Shown: positions 28,374 to 37,607 of the stretch, in pieces | How positions within the stretch are numbered: position 1 is the stretch's first letter | How the letters are laid out: every line of letters begins with the position of its first letter | Assembly: GCA_965116495.1 (NCBI GenBank) | Contig: OZ220696.1 | Location: forward strand, 736,001 to 800,000 | Direction: 5' to 3' | Length of the DNA: 64,000 bases | Source: Gammaproteobacteria bacterium | Lineage (GTDB): Bacteria; Pseudomonadota; Gammaproteobacteria; Eutrophobiales; Eutrophobiaceae | Position numbers and translations under genes: made by a program | Notes under the pieces: model-generated | The model's database searches: none | What the model was told of the DNA's origin: nothing | The model's input: only the letters and a program-made list of their open reading frames with translations

Positions 28374-28397
28374 GGGGACGGCCTTAAGTCCGTCCCC
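28374..28397. repeat. REP-like palindrome (target of the MITE)
   Basis: GGGGACGGCCTTAAGTCCGTCCCC, near-identical to 57234-57257. Confidence 0.75.
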
Positions 28398-28466
28398 ATT
28401 AATAAATGTTATGCTATCATGCTGTAATTTCAGGGGAACAATAACAAAATAGAGGAGATGTAGATA

Positions 28467-30515
28467 GTGTCCTATACAGCTGAAAACATTCGAAATATTG
28501 CTATTACCGGACAGAGCGGGGCAGGCAAGACGACATTGGTCGAAGCCTTGCTGCACGGCGCCGGCGCGATCAACCAGAAAGGGTCGGTGAAACGGGGAAC
28601 GACGGTGTGTGATTTCGATCCCCAGGAAAAAACACACCAGCATTCACTGGATAGTGCAATCTCAAGCCTGGATTACCACGGCAGCCACGTTAACCTCATA
28701 GATACACCGGGCTATCCTGACTTTATCGGCCGGGCGCTGGCTGTTCTCCCCGCCGTGGAAACCTGCGCTGTTGTTGTAAACGCGCAGGCCGGGGTCGAAA
28801 TGGTGACAGGCAAGATGATGGAGCAGGCCGGGGAAAGAGGAATGGACCGCCTGCTGATCGTGAATAAAATGGATGCGGAAGGTGTTGATCTCGAAGCCGT
28901 TCTGGAGCAACTGAAGGAAGCTTACGGAAGCGAGTGCCTGCCCTTGAATTTGCCGGCCGATGGCGGTGCCGAGGTAGTGGATTGTTTTTTTCAGGCTGAT
29001 GGCAAGCAGACCGATTTCCTGTCTGTTGCAGAGGCGCATGTCAATATCGTCGACCAGGTGGTCGAACTCGATGAAGAACTTATGGAGCAATACCTGGAGC
29101 AGGGGGAGGACATCAGCCCCGAGCAACTGCATGAGCCGTTTGAACTGGCCTTGCGCGAAGGTCATTTTATCCCTGTCTGCTTCGTATCGGCGGAAACGGG
29201 AGCAGGCGTGAATGAGTTACTTGAAATCTTCGCCAGATTGATGCCAAACCCGGACGAGGGTAATCCTCCTCCGGTTTTCAAGGGTACCGGTGATGCGGCG
29301 GAGCAGATCAATATCCGGCCCGATCCCGACAGGAATGTGATCGCCCATGTATTCAAAGTCCATATCGATCCGTTCGTCGGCAGGCTGGGTGTTTTCAGGA
29401 TACACCAGGGAGTCATTACCAAGGACAGCCAACTGTACATCGGTGATGCCCGCAAACCGTTCAAGGTAGGGCACCTGTTGAAACTGCAGGGCAAGGAGCA
29501 CATTGAGATAGACCGAGGTGTGCCGGGCGATATCTGCGCCGTTGCAAAGGTCGACGAAATCTATTTTGACGCGGTCTTGCATGCTTCCCACGATGAAGAC
29601 GAGGTTTACCTGCAATCAATGGATATCCCTGCCCCCATGTACGGTTTGGCCATTCAGACGAGGAGCAGGGGGGATGAGCAGAAGATATCGGATGCCTTGC
29701 ACAAACTTGAGGCGGAAGATCAGAGTTTTCTGGTCGAGCACAATGCGGCTACGAATGAAACGGTCATTCGCGGTCTGGGGGAATTCCACCTGCGCATCAT
29801 GCTGGAAAAACTGAAGGATCGGCACAACGTGGAAGTAGACACCCGACCCCCGAAAATAGCCTATAAGGAAACCATCAGTTCCAGGGCTGAAGGTCACCAC
29901 CGGCACAAGAAGCAGACAGGAGGCGCAGGTCAGTTCGGTGAAGTTTTCCTGAGGGTCGAACCGTTGTCCAGGGGCACGGGTTTTGAATTTGTCGATGCCG
30001 TAGTCGGCGGGGTTATCCCAAAGCCCCTGATACCGGCGGTGGAGAAAGGCATCAGGCAGGCGCTGGGCGGCGGCGCGTTGTCCGGTAACCCCATGCAGGA
30101 CATAAGGGTGACGGTTTATGACGGTAAACACCATCCTGTTGATTCCAAGGAAGTGGCGTTTGTCGCTGCCGGCAAGAAGGCCTTCCTCGACGCATTCCAC
30201 AAGGCCAGGCCGGTCGTGCTTGAGCCTATCGTTGACATCAATGTTACGGCGCCGAATGACGCCATGGGCGACATCAATGCGGATATATCCGGTAAACGGG
30301 GACGCATCAGCAACACGCTCGCCCTGTCGGGAGGGATGACGACGATAACTGCCAGCGTGCCGCTGGGTGAACTGGATAATTATCAGTCACAACTTAAATC
30401 CATGACCGGTGGGGTAGGATCTTATTCCCTGAGCTTCAGCCACTATGATCCGGTACCGGCGAAAACACAGAAAGAACTGATAGCCGCATACAAACCGTCG
30501 GAAGACGAGGATTAG
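28467..30515 (+). CDS. Elongation factor G-like protein (EF-G2)
   Basis: GQSGAGKTTL, DTPGYPDF, NKMD, KKQTGGAGQFGEV, DGKHHPVDS; outside the str operon. Confidence 0.92.
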   Translation: MSYTAENIRNIAITGQSGAGKTTLVEALLHGAGAINQKGSVKRGTTVCDFDPQEKTHQHSLDSAISSLDYHGSHVNLIDTPGYPDFIGRALAVLPAVETCAVVVNAQAGVEMVTGKMMEQAGERGMDRLLIVNKMDAEGVDLEAVLEQLKEAYGSECLPLNLPADGGAEVVDCFFQADGKQTDFLSVAEAHVNIVDQVVELDEELMEQYLEQGEDISPEQLHEPFELALREGHFIPVCFVSAETGAGVNELLEIFARLMPNPDEGNPPPVFKGTGDAAEQINIRPDPDRNVIAHVFKVHIDPFVGRLGVFRIHQGVITKDSQLYIGDARKPFKVGHLLKLQGKEHIEIDRGVPGDICAVAKVDEIYFDAVLHASHDEDEVYLQSMDIPAPMYGLAIQTRSRGDEQKISDALHKLEAEDQSFLVEHNAATNETVIRGLGEFHLRIMLEKLKDRHNVEVDTRPPKIAYKETISSRAEGHHRHKKQTGGAGQFGEVFLRVEPLSRGTGFEFVDAVVGGVIPKPLIPAVEKGIRQALGGGALSGNPMQDIRVTVYDGKHHPVDSKEVAFVAAGKKAFLDAFHKARPVVLEPIVDINVTAPNDAMGDINADISGKRGRISNTLALSGGMTTITASVPLGELDNYQSQLKSMTGGVGSYSLSFSHYDPVPAKTQKELIAAYKPSEDED

Positions 30516-30538
30516 CTGGCGCCGGGGCGGAGAACTAC

Positions 30539-30563
30539 AGGGACAGAACTCAATTCTGTCCCC
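30539..30563. repeat. REP-like palindrome / possible terminator after EF-G2
   Basis: GGGACAGAA-CTCAA-TTCTGTCCC. Confidence 0.6.
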
Positions 30564-30709
30564 GGGCCGTGCCGGTATCGATACGCCGGAATTCAAATAT
30601 ATTTATATCTATATGTAATATATATAGTCAAATTAAGCACTATTCCGTATAAGCCTTACCTGCTATCCTCTCCAACCTGATTATATATGACAGGTTGTTG
30701 ACAAGTCCC

Positions 30710-32404
30710 ATGTACCAGTATGATCACTACGATCAACAGATTGTAGACGAGCGTGTAGCCTCGTTCCGCGATCAGACCGTGCGTTTTATGTCCGGCGAGC
30801 TTAGCGAAGATGAGTATCGCCCGTTGCGTCTGATGAATGGACTGTACATCCAGAGGCACGCGCCGATGCTGCGGGTGTCGATTCCCTATGGATTGCTGTC
30901 TGCCGCACAGTTGCGAATGCTGGCGCATATTGCAGAGAAGTATGACAAGGGTTACGGTCATTTCAGCACCCGGCAGAATATTCAGTTCAACTGGCCCAGG
31001 CTGGAAACCGTGCCGGATATACTGGCTGACCTGGCCACTGTGCAGATGCATGCGATTCAGACCAGCGGCAATTGCATCCGCAATATCACCTCGGATCATT
31101 TTGCCGGGATTGCCGAGGATGAACTGGAGGACCCGCGGCCTTATTGTGAAATCATTCGACAATGGTCCACATTTCACCCTGAGTTCTCTTTTCTGCCGCG
31201 CAAGTTCAAAATTGCCGTATCGGGCGCTGAGAATGACCGGGCCGCGGTCCGGATCCATGACATCGGCATCTACCTGGTCAGCAACTCCAGGGGTGAAACA
31301 GGTTGTAAGATACTCGTAGGAGGAGGACTGGGACGTACGCCGTTCATAGGCGTATGCATACGCGAATTTCTGGAGAAACGGCACCTCCTGTCTTACCTGG
31401 AAGCGATTCTGCGGGTTTACAACCAGTTGGGACGACGCGACAACATGCACAAGGCAAGGATAAAAATCCTGGTCAACGCGGTAGGTGCGGAAAAGTTTAC
31501 CGACATGGTCGAGACAGAATGGCGCCGTATCAAGGACTCGGTTTTATTGCTGGACCAGGCCGAGATCGACCGGGTCAAAGGCTTTTTCACCGAACCGGAT
31601 TTTGATACGAACGCTGCCACTGATACAACGTTTGCCAGGCGCCTGACATTACAAAAAGACTTTAGTACATGGGTGCAGCGTAACGTCAAGGCTCATAAGG
31701 CGCCGGGCTATCGCGCTGTTTACCTGTCTCTCAAGCACCCTGCCAGCGCGCCCGGCGATGCAACGGCCGAACAGATGAACTTTATCGCCGAACTGGCGGA
31801 CAAGTACAGCCACTCCGAAATAAGAGTGACACATGATCAGAACCTGGTCCTTCCCCACGTCAGGCAGACTGACCTGTATCCACTCTGGAATGCGTTGAAA
31901 GGGGAGCGGCTGGCCACCCCCAATATCGGGCTGTTGACCGACATGATTTGCTGTCCGGGACTGGATTTCTGTAACCTGGCCAATGCCGGCTCCATAGATA
32001 TAGCCAGACAAATCAATGACAGGTTTGCCGAACTGGATTACCTGCATGATATCGGAGATTTCCAGATAAAGATGTCCGGTTGCATGAACGCCTGCGGGCA
32101 TCATCATGTGGGACATATCGGCATTCTCGGCGTAGATAAAAAAGGCAAGGAGTTCTATCAACTGACACTGGGCGGCGCAGCGGGAAATAACGCCAGGCTT
32201 GGAGATCGCCTGGGACCGGCAATCGCAAAGGAAAATGTAGCGGAGACGATAGATGAAATACTGCAGGTCTATCTTGACCGGCGTGAAGATGGTGAACAGT
32301 TCCTGGAAACCTACCTGCGCGTGGGTATGGAACCGTTCAAGGAAAAAGTCTATGCGGCAGAGATGGAAGAAATGCCGGAGATGAAAGCCGTTGCGGGTTA
32401 TTAA
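30710..32404 (+). CDS. cysI: Sulfite reductase hemoprotein (nitrite/sulfite reductase)
   Basis: MYQYD..DQ N-terminus, STRQNIQ, LPRKFKIA, CPGLDFC, SGCMNACG siroheme/4Fe-4S motifs; AT-rich upstream region. Confidence 0.9.
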   Translation: MYQYDHYDQQIVDERVASFRDQTVRFMSGELSEDEYRPLRLMNGLYIQRHAPMLRVSIPYGLLSAAQLRMLAHIAEKYDKGYGHFSTRQNIQFNWPRLETVPDILADLATVQMHAIQTSGNCIRNITSDHFAGIAEDELEDPRPYCEIIRQWSTFHPEFSFLPRKFKIAVSGAENDRAAVRIHDIGIYLVSNSRGETGCKILVGGGLGRTPFIGVCIREFLEKRHLLSYLEAILRVYNQLGRRDNMHKARIKILVNAVGAEKFTDMVETEWRRIKDSVLLLDQAEIDRVKGFFTEPDFDTNAATDTTFARRLTLQKDFSTWVQRNVKAHKAPGYRAVYLSLKHPASAPGDATAEQMNFIAELADKYSHSEIRVTHDQNLVLPHVRQTDLYPLWNALKGERLATPNIGLLTDMICCPGLDFCNLANAGSIDIARQINDRFAELDYLHDIGDFQIKMSGCMNACGHHHVGHIGILGVDKKGKEFYQLTLGGAAGNNARLGDRLGPAIAKENVAETIDEILQVYLDRREDGEQFLETYLRVGMEPFKEKVYAAEMEEMPEMKAVAGY

Positions 32405-32897
32405 GTCAGGCCAGGTCCTGGAGGACGGCTGGCAAAGGCTCACTGCCCTGGAACAACAGCAGTCCTTGCCTGACGGGGACTGGATTATTCCCTTTGACTA
32501 CTGGCGTGATTACCGGGAAATGCTGGCACGGCATAAAGGCAGGATTGCCGTATGCCTGAATGGTGATGACAGCCTGGAGGACTTCTCCGACTCACTGGGA
32601 TCGTTTGAGCTCATCGCCCTGGAATTTCCAAAATTCACGGATGGGCGGAGTTATTCCCATGCCCGATTACTGCGTGACCGCTTCGGTTTCAAGGGTGAGA
32701 TACGTGCTGTGGGAGATGTGCTCAGGGATCAGCTGTATTTCATGCAGCGTTGTGGTATTGATTCATTCCAACTCCGGGAAGACAAGAATCCGGAAGATGC
32801 TTTGAAAGGATTGTCGGATTATACCGTAAAATACCAGACGGCAGCAGACGGGGCGCCGCCTGTCTATAAGCATAGACAGGCGGGGGGTCTGGAATAG
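32391..32897 (+). CDS. DUF934 protein (sulfite reduction associated)
   Basis: IALEFPKFTDGRSYS..RLLR..GEIRAVGDVLRDQ; overlaps cysI. Confidence 0.9.
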   Translation: MRVIKSGQVLEDGWQRLTALEQQQSLPDGDWIIPFDYWRDYREMLARHKGRIAVCLNGDDSLEDFSDSLGSFELIALEFPKFTDGRSYSHARLLRDRFGFKGEIRAVGDVLRDQLYFMQRCGIDSFQLREDKNPEDALKGLSDYTVKYQTAADGAPPVYKHRQAGGLE

Positions 32898-32903
32898 ATT
32901 TAT

Positions 32904-33245
32904 CTAAGCGTTGAGTGCGTCGATACCCTTTTCCAGATCATCATGGATGCTGAACAGGTTCACAAGACCACTAATTTCAAATATCTTCAAAATATTTTCA
33001 TTCAGCGAACAAACTGCAAATGATCCAGAGTTCTTGGCGAAACTCTTCGTTGCAAAAATCAGTACGCGCAAGCCAGCACTGGAGATGTAATTGACTTCCG
33101 AGAAATTAATGATCATCTTGTTGCAACCACTTTTTATTTCGTCCATGACCTTATCGTGAACCTGTCCTGAGTTGGTTGCATCAACCCGCCCCTTCAAGTT
33201 TAGGATAACTATACCGTCCTGATTTATCGTCTGAATCTCGCTCAT
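32904..33245 (-). CDS. STAS-domain anti-sigma factor antagonist (RsbV-like)
   Basis: GRVDA, YISSAGLRVL phospho-Ser motif. Confidence 0.9.
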   Translation of the reverse strand: MSEIQTINQDGIVILNLKGRVDATNSGQVHDKVMDEIKSGCNKMIINFSEVNYISSAGLRVLIFATKSFAKNSGSFAVCSLNENILKIFEISGLVNLFSIHDDLEKGIDALNA

Positions 33246-33450
33246 TATTTTTCTCTTGCTTTAATAAGAAGTTGCCAGCCCTGCCATATCCTACATTGTA
33301 ACTATTATTGCATTTGGCTGTCCAGTCATTAATAACTGCTGTTAAATCTACAGTGCATTATAGAATACTGAGTGACAAATATATACCCGATTGGTATAAT
33401 ACGCCAGAAAATACAGATAGCAAATCATTCCTTTTCCATGAGGGACGGAT

Positions 33451-33939
33451 ATGAGAAAAAAAGAAAATTGTTTCAAATGGGTGTTATCTGAACTGTCTGA
33501 GTTGCCCGCGTTTTCGGATGAATTCAGGTCGTATTGCGAAGCAAAGAACCTGGACGACGGCAAGATCTTTGAACTGGAACTTTCCCTGGAAGAACTGATT
33601 GTTAACTCCTTTACCCATGGTTACCAGGAAGGGGAGGAAGGAACCGTAGTTGTGGAAGTTGAAGACATTGGTCCCGACATTAAGATCAGTTTGCAGGATC
33701 AGGCCCCGCCTTTTGATTTATTCAGGGATGCGCCGGCGCCCCGTCTTGGAGGAGAAGACCCTGAACCTGATACTGGATTACAACCGGACCTTGTGCCGGT
33801 GCCGGGAATTGAACTTGAACCAAAACAGGAGAAAGAGGGAGGATTGGGGATCCACCTGGTAAAAAGCCTTAATGATCGCGTCGAATACTATGGTTCAAAA
33901 GATGGAAACATAGTGGTCATTATCAAGTCAAAACAGTAA
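33451..33939 (+). CDS. Anti-sigma factor Ser kinase (RsbW-like HATPase_c)
   Basis: LEELIVNSFTHG, D..PPFD, GGLGIHLVK. Confidence 0.88.
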   Translation: MRKKENCFKWVLSELSELPAFSDEFRSYCEAKNLDDGKIFELELSLEELIVNSFTHGYQEGEEGTVVVEVEDIGPDIKISLQDQAPPFDLFRDAPAPRLGGEDPEPDTGLQPDLVPVPGIELEPKQEKEGGLGIHLVKSLNDRVEYYGSKDGNIVVIIKSKQ

Positions 33940-33985
33940 CTACACCACTCCGATATTACAGCACGACGGGTATTAGCTTTTACGC

Positions 33986-34082
33986 GCATACGGGGTCAGG
34001 TCGCACAATGCACATGTGAAGGCGCGGCCCCCCAATAACCACACTGAAGTGTTTGTGCATTGTGCGACCTGACCCCGTATGC
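33986..34082. repeat. Perfect 29-bp inverted repeat (REPIN-like) between convergent genes
   Basis: GCATACGGGGTCAGGTCGCACAATGCACA (33986-34014) and exact reverse complement (34054-34082). Confidence 0.9.
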
Positions 34083-34087
34083 ACTGA

Positions 34088-36907
34088 CTACAGGCCGGTA
34101 TACTGAAAAGACAAGATGGTGATGTCATCAAACTGGTCAGCCCGCCCGATGAACCGCAGAACACTTCTGAAGACCGTATTTGTCATCTCGCTGGCATGTT
34201 TAAACTCATTTTCTTTCAACAAATCCTCCAGCCGTTCATCTTCATAGAACTGATCCCGTATATTCTGGGCCTCGGTTACGCCATCGGTGTAGAGCAGCAC
34301 CATATCACCCTTGTCCATTTCAATGATTTTCTGTTCAAATTCTATGCCTTCAAAGGTACCCACCAGCGGCCCCTGGATCTCATCGAGACATACCAGTTCT
34401 CCGGACTGCTTTTTAATAAACGGCAGGTTATGTCCTGCGTTGGTGATGAGCAATTTCCCTGTATTCAAATCCATAATCCCAATGATCAGGGTTACAAACA
34501 TATTGCTGTCATTATTTAGGGATAATTCCCGATTGACTCGGGTGATGATGTCTTTGGTCTGGTCTGTCTGGTCCAGTATTTTATTCAGCAGGGACTTGGT
34601 GACAGACATGAAAAGCGATGCCGGTATACCCTTGCCGGAAACATCTCCCACACAGAAATACACTTTTGTCCCATGCAGTATTGAAAAGTCATAAAAATCC
34701 CCTGAAACACTTTGTGCCGGTTTCAAAAATGCCTCCAGGTTAAAACCCTTACCCTCTATAGGATCAGGCAACATATCCATCTGTACCTTCTGACCAATCC
34801 TGAGATCCTGAGCAAGCTTGTCATTGTGTGACTTGATCACTTTGAAGGCGCCCTTCAGATTCTCGTTGGCCCTGGCAACCTTGGTTCGGCCCCAGATGGA
34901 CATCAGGGTGAGGGTCAGGACTAATGCGGCAGTGAACAAACTGCCTACCAGAGCCTGATTTTTATAGGCCCTGAATGTTGCAAAGGCATCCTGACTGTTG
35001 TATTCATTGATAATGCCGAAACCATAGGTATTGTTCCAGCGCCAGTATCCTACTACCTCCTCTCCCAGATAATTTTCATATTCATCCAGTACTCCGGCGC
35101 TATTACCTGTTATGACGCGCCCGACAGAGAGGGGGAGAACTGACTCTCCGCTGACGTTTCCATGTCGGCTGACACTCATTCCTACGACAGAAGTCGTGTC
35201 GGCGCTTACCCAGCCCTTGTCTAACAGTTCCTCTCTCCAGCGCGGTTCGCTGATAAACCGGCCTTCGGCATCGACCATGTAAATCTCACCGTAATTACCG
35301 GAATAACCCCGTCTCAGAATTTTGGATAACATTCGTTGCGGGGATGCCATGATGAATACGGCGCCTTTGTTGTCATCGATCATGGAACCGAAAACAATAT
35401 TCCTGGACAGCAGGTTATCGGTTGCCCGCCTGTCAGGAAATTCGACAATTGTTTTTTGAATTGCCATTCGTTCCATGGTGCCTTCAGGCAGATCAAACAA
35501 CTTCCCTATCCGGTCCGCCCGATTGCTGGAAATTACAACGCCTTTACGGTCGATGATCATATAGTTTTCGAACAGTTCCGGATCGGCAATGCTCGAATCT
35601 ACCGCAAACAGTTCCAGTTCCTTCTCGACAGAGATGGTTTCCATGTTCTCCGGATCTGCAATCAACGAAGCTGCAAATTCCCGGTGCAGTACATGTTCGG
35701 GTTGATTTTTTATCAGCTCCAGGGTTTCATGGGATACTTGGCGGCTGACCGCCTCGGCAAAGTTGGAAGCATCCCGGCTGGTTTGATATAACCAGTCCAG
35801 TACGGCGCTGTGGGTGGCATCCAGGGTAAACTTCAACTCATCCCTGACCTTTGTATATGATTGAATTCTATTCTCACTTACAAACCACCATGACAGGCCA
35901 AGGGTAAAAAAGGTAATAACGACAGCCGCCACAATAATTGGCCAGTTATTCCAGAAGTTCCTGGCAAAAAATAGCAGGGGGGTGTCTCCTGTGCCGGATT
36001 CCTGGCCTTCCTTGGCGTCGGACTGGGAAGAACCGGACGCCAGACGCCTGGCCAACATGTCGCGCGCCGATGGCTTGCTGCCGGAAGCAGGGGAGGGGTA
36101 TCCGCTGGCGGCCAGACGTTGCGCCAACCTTGACTTCCCTGTGTCTGCACCTTTCTTTCTCAGGGACAGCGCTCCCAGTATCAGGGAAATCAGGGCGAGG
36201 CAGGCAGACAGGCCCAGGGTAATCATTAAAACAAGATTCACCCGGCGTTGTTTATCACGGTAAACTGTAATCTCCCCCGACGTTCTATGATCAATGGCTT
36301 CGAAAAACTTCTCCAGGGGATTCATTATTTTTTCCTTTGCCTTATGATACTCGTCACCGTGCAACAGGTTGCGCGCCAGTTCCTTATCCGGCACTCCCTT
36401 GTTGTAACGTCCCGTTCCGTCTTCAAAGACACCCGCCATGGCATTCATGGCCCGGTTTTCCAGGTTTACAAGTTCGTTGGATTCATTTTCTGTTTCCTGT
36501 AACAAAGCAAATTCTGTTTCCGTAAAATCTGCTTCTTTCATTAGCTGTTTCAATGAGTTGGCAGGTGTATCCACGCGGGGGGACGTGCCTGTCGCGGCGA
36601 CGAAATCCCAGTAGATGTTGTGATAATCCACTGGGCGCGGCGCATCTCCGTCCCTTATGGCCAGAATTCTTTCGAAGTACTCCTTGTATTTTTGATCACC
36701 CGTCACGGTATAGGTCCTTGCCATGCGGGTAAGGTCATCGGAGCTTTGCCGTAATTCATCAGCCAGCAGGTATGAGTTGTACCTTTTTGCAGCCGAATCA
36801 AGGATCTTCTCTTCATTTTCAAGTACTTTCATATAGAGAAACAGCGAGACCAGCATGAGCGTCACGATAGACGCAAAAATCAAAATGAAGTTTTTTTGTA
36901 GGTCCAT
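34088..36907 (-). CDS. Membrane PP2C/SpoIIE phosphatase (RsbU-like) with two extracytoplasmic sensor domains
   Basis: Four TM segments; ADELRQSSDDLTRMARTY sensor domain, Cache-like second domain; VSGDFYD, GDVSGKG, NAGH, LYTDGVTEA, DDIT. Confidence 0.88.
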   Translation of the reverse strand: MDLQKNFILIFASIVTLMLVSLFLYMKVLENEEKILDSAAKRYNSYLLADELRQSSDDLTRMARTYTVTGDQKYKEYFERILAIRDGDAPRPVDYHNIYWDFVAATGTSPRVDTPANSLKQLMKEADFTETEFALLQETENESNELVNLENRAMNAMAGVFEDGTGRYNKGVPDKELARNLLHGDEYHKAKEKIMNPLEKFFEAIDHRTSGEITVYRDKQRRVNLVLMITLGLSACLALISLILGALSLRKKGADTGKSRLAQRLAASGYPSPASGSKPSARDMLARRLASGSSQSDAKEGQESGTGDTPLLFFARNFWNNWPIIVAAVVITFFTLGLSWWFVSENRIQSYTKVRDELKFTLDATHSAVLDWLYQTSRDASNFAEAVSRQVSHETLELIKNQPEHVLHREFAASLIADPENMETISVEKELELFAVDSSIADPELFENYMIIDRKGVVISSNRADRIGKLFDLPEGTMERMAIQKTIVEFPDRRATDNLLSRNIVFGSMIDDNKGAVFIMASPQRMLSKILRRGYSGNYGEIYMVDAEGRFISEPRWREELLDKGWVSADTTSVVGMSVSRHGNVSGESVLPLSVGRVITGNSAGVLDEYENYLGEEVVGYWRWNNTYGFGIINEYNSQDAFATFRAYKNQALVGSLFTAALVLTLTLMSIWGRTKVARANENLKGAFKVIKSHNDKLAQDLRIGQKVQMDMLPDPIEGKGFNLEAFLKPAQSVSGDFYDFSILHGTKVYFCVGDVSGKGIPASLFMSVTKSLLNKILDQTDQTKDIITRVNRELSLNNDSNMFVTLIIGIMDLNTGKLLITNAGHNLPFIKKQSGELVCLDEIQGPLVGTFEGIEFEQKIIEMDKGDMVLLYTDGVTEAQNIRDQFYEDERLEDLLKENEFKHASEMTNTVFRSVLRFIGRADQFDDITILSFQYTGL

Positions 36908-36989
36908 AGCTATCGCAGCCCGTCAGGGGTTATTACTCTCTGTTTGGATACCTGGTATTGCGCAGAAACCGACGCTGGGGATAGCACAA

Positions 36990-37454
36990 TTAAAACGGAA
37001 TATCGTCATCAACAAACTCACCGCCGTTGCCGGGACTGTTCTCCTGCTGTGCAGGAGTGTTTGTGGCGGCCTGTTTGCGCACCGGTGCGGAAGACCCGAC
37101 AAATTCTTCAGTAGCGCCCCTGCTATCCAGCATCTGCATTTCATTGGCCACGATTTCAGTCGTGTACCGATCATTTCCATCGCGGTCCTGCCATTTCCGT
37201 GTTTGCAACCGTCCTTCCACGTAGACCTTTGAGCCTTTACGGAGATATTCAGACACTATCTCCGCTAACCGGCTGAAAAAGACAACCCGGTGCCATTCCG
37301 TGCGTTCCTGCATATCACCCGTTTCCTTATCCCGCCATGCTTCAGAGGTTGCCAGACTGACGTTGGCAATAGGCGAGCCGCCGGACGTATACCTTACATC
37401 CGGATCGTTTCCCAGGTTTCCAATTAGGATGACTTTGTTAATTCCTCTGGCCAT
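36990..37454 (-). CDS. ssb: Single-stranded DNA-binding protein
   Basis: [12 protein letters not shown]...DDDIPF. Confidence 0.97.
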   Translation of the reverse strand: MARGINKVILIGNLGNDPDVRYTSGGSPIANVSLATSEAWRDKETGDMQERTEWHRVVFFSRLAEIVSEYLRKGSKVYVEGRLQTRKWQDRDGNDRYTTEIVANEMQMLDSRGATEEFVGSSAPVRKQAATNTPAQQENSPGNGGEFVDDDIPF

Positions 37455-37607
37455 AATTCCACTCCTTTCTGATTGTATTTACTTGACAAAAACAATGGCG
37501 CTTGTCCTGTTGTTTTCTCATCCGGGGATAAAACCCGGTTGGACTAATGCAAGTCATCCCTTATATTAGCAGGTTAAGAAAAATTCAGCCAAACTAATAC
37601 AGTTATC

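Noticed and set aside
28467-30515. Catalytic His-to-Tyr change (DTPGY) in the EF-G homolog
   Set aside because: A known feature of EF-G2 paralogs.
37455-37607. LexA boxes upstream of ssb/uvrA (also dinB)
   Set aside because: No CTGT-N8-ACAG match found by eye; absence cannot be interpreted without a genome-wide motif scan.
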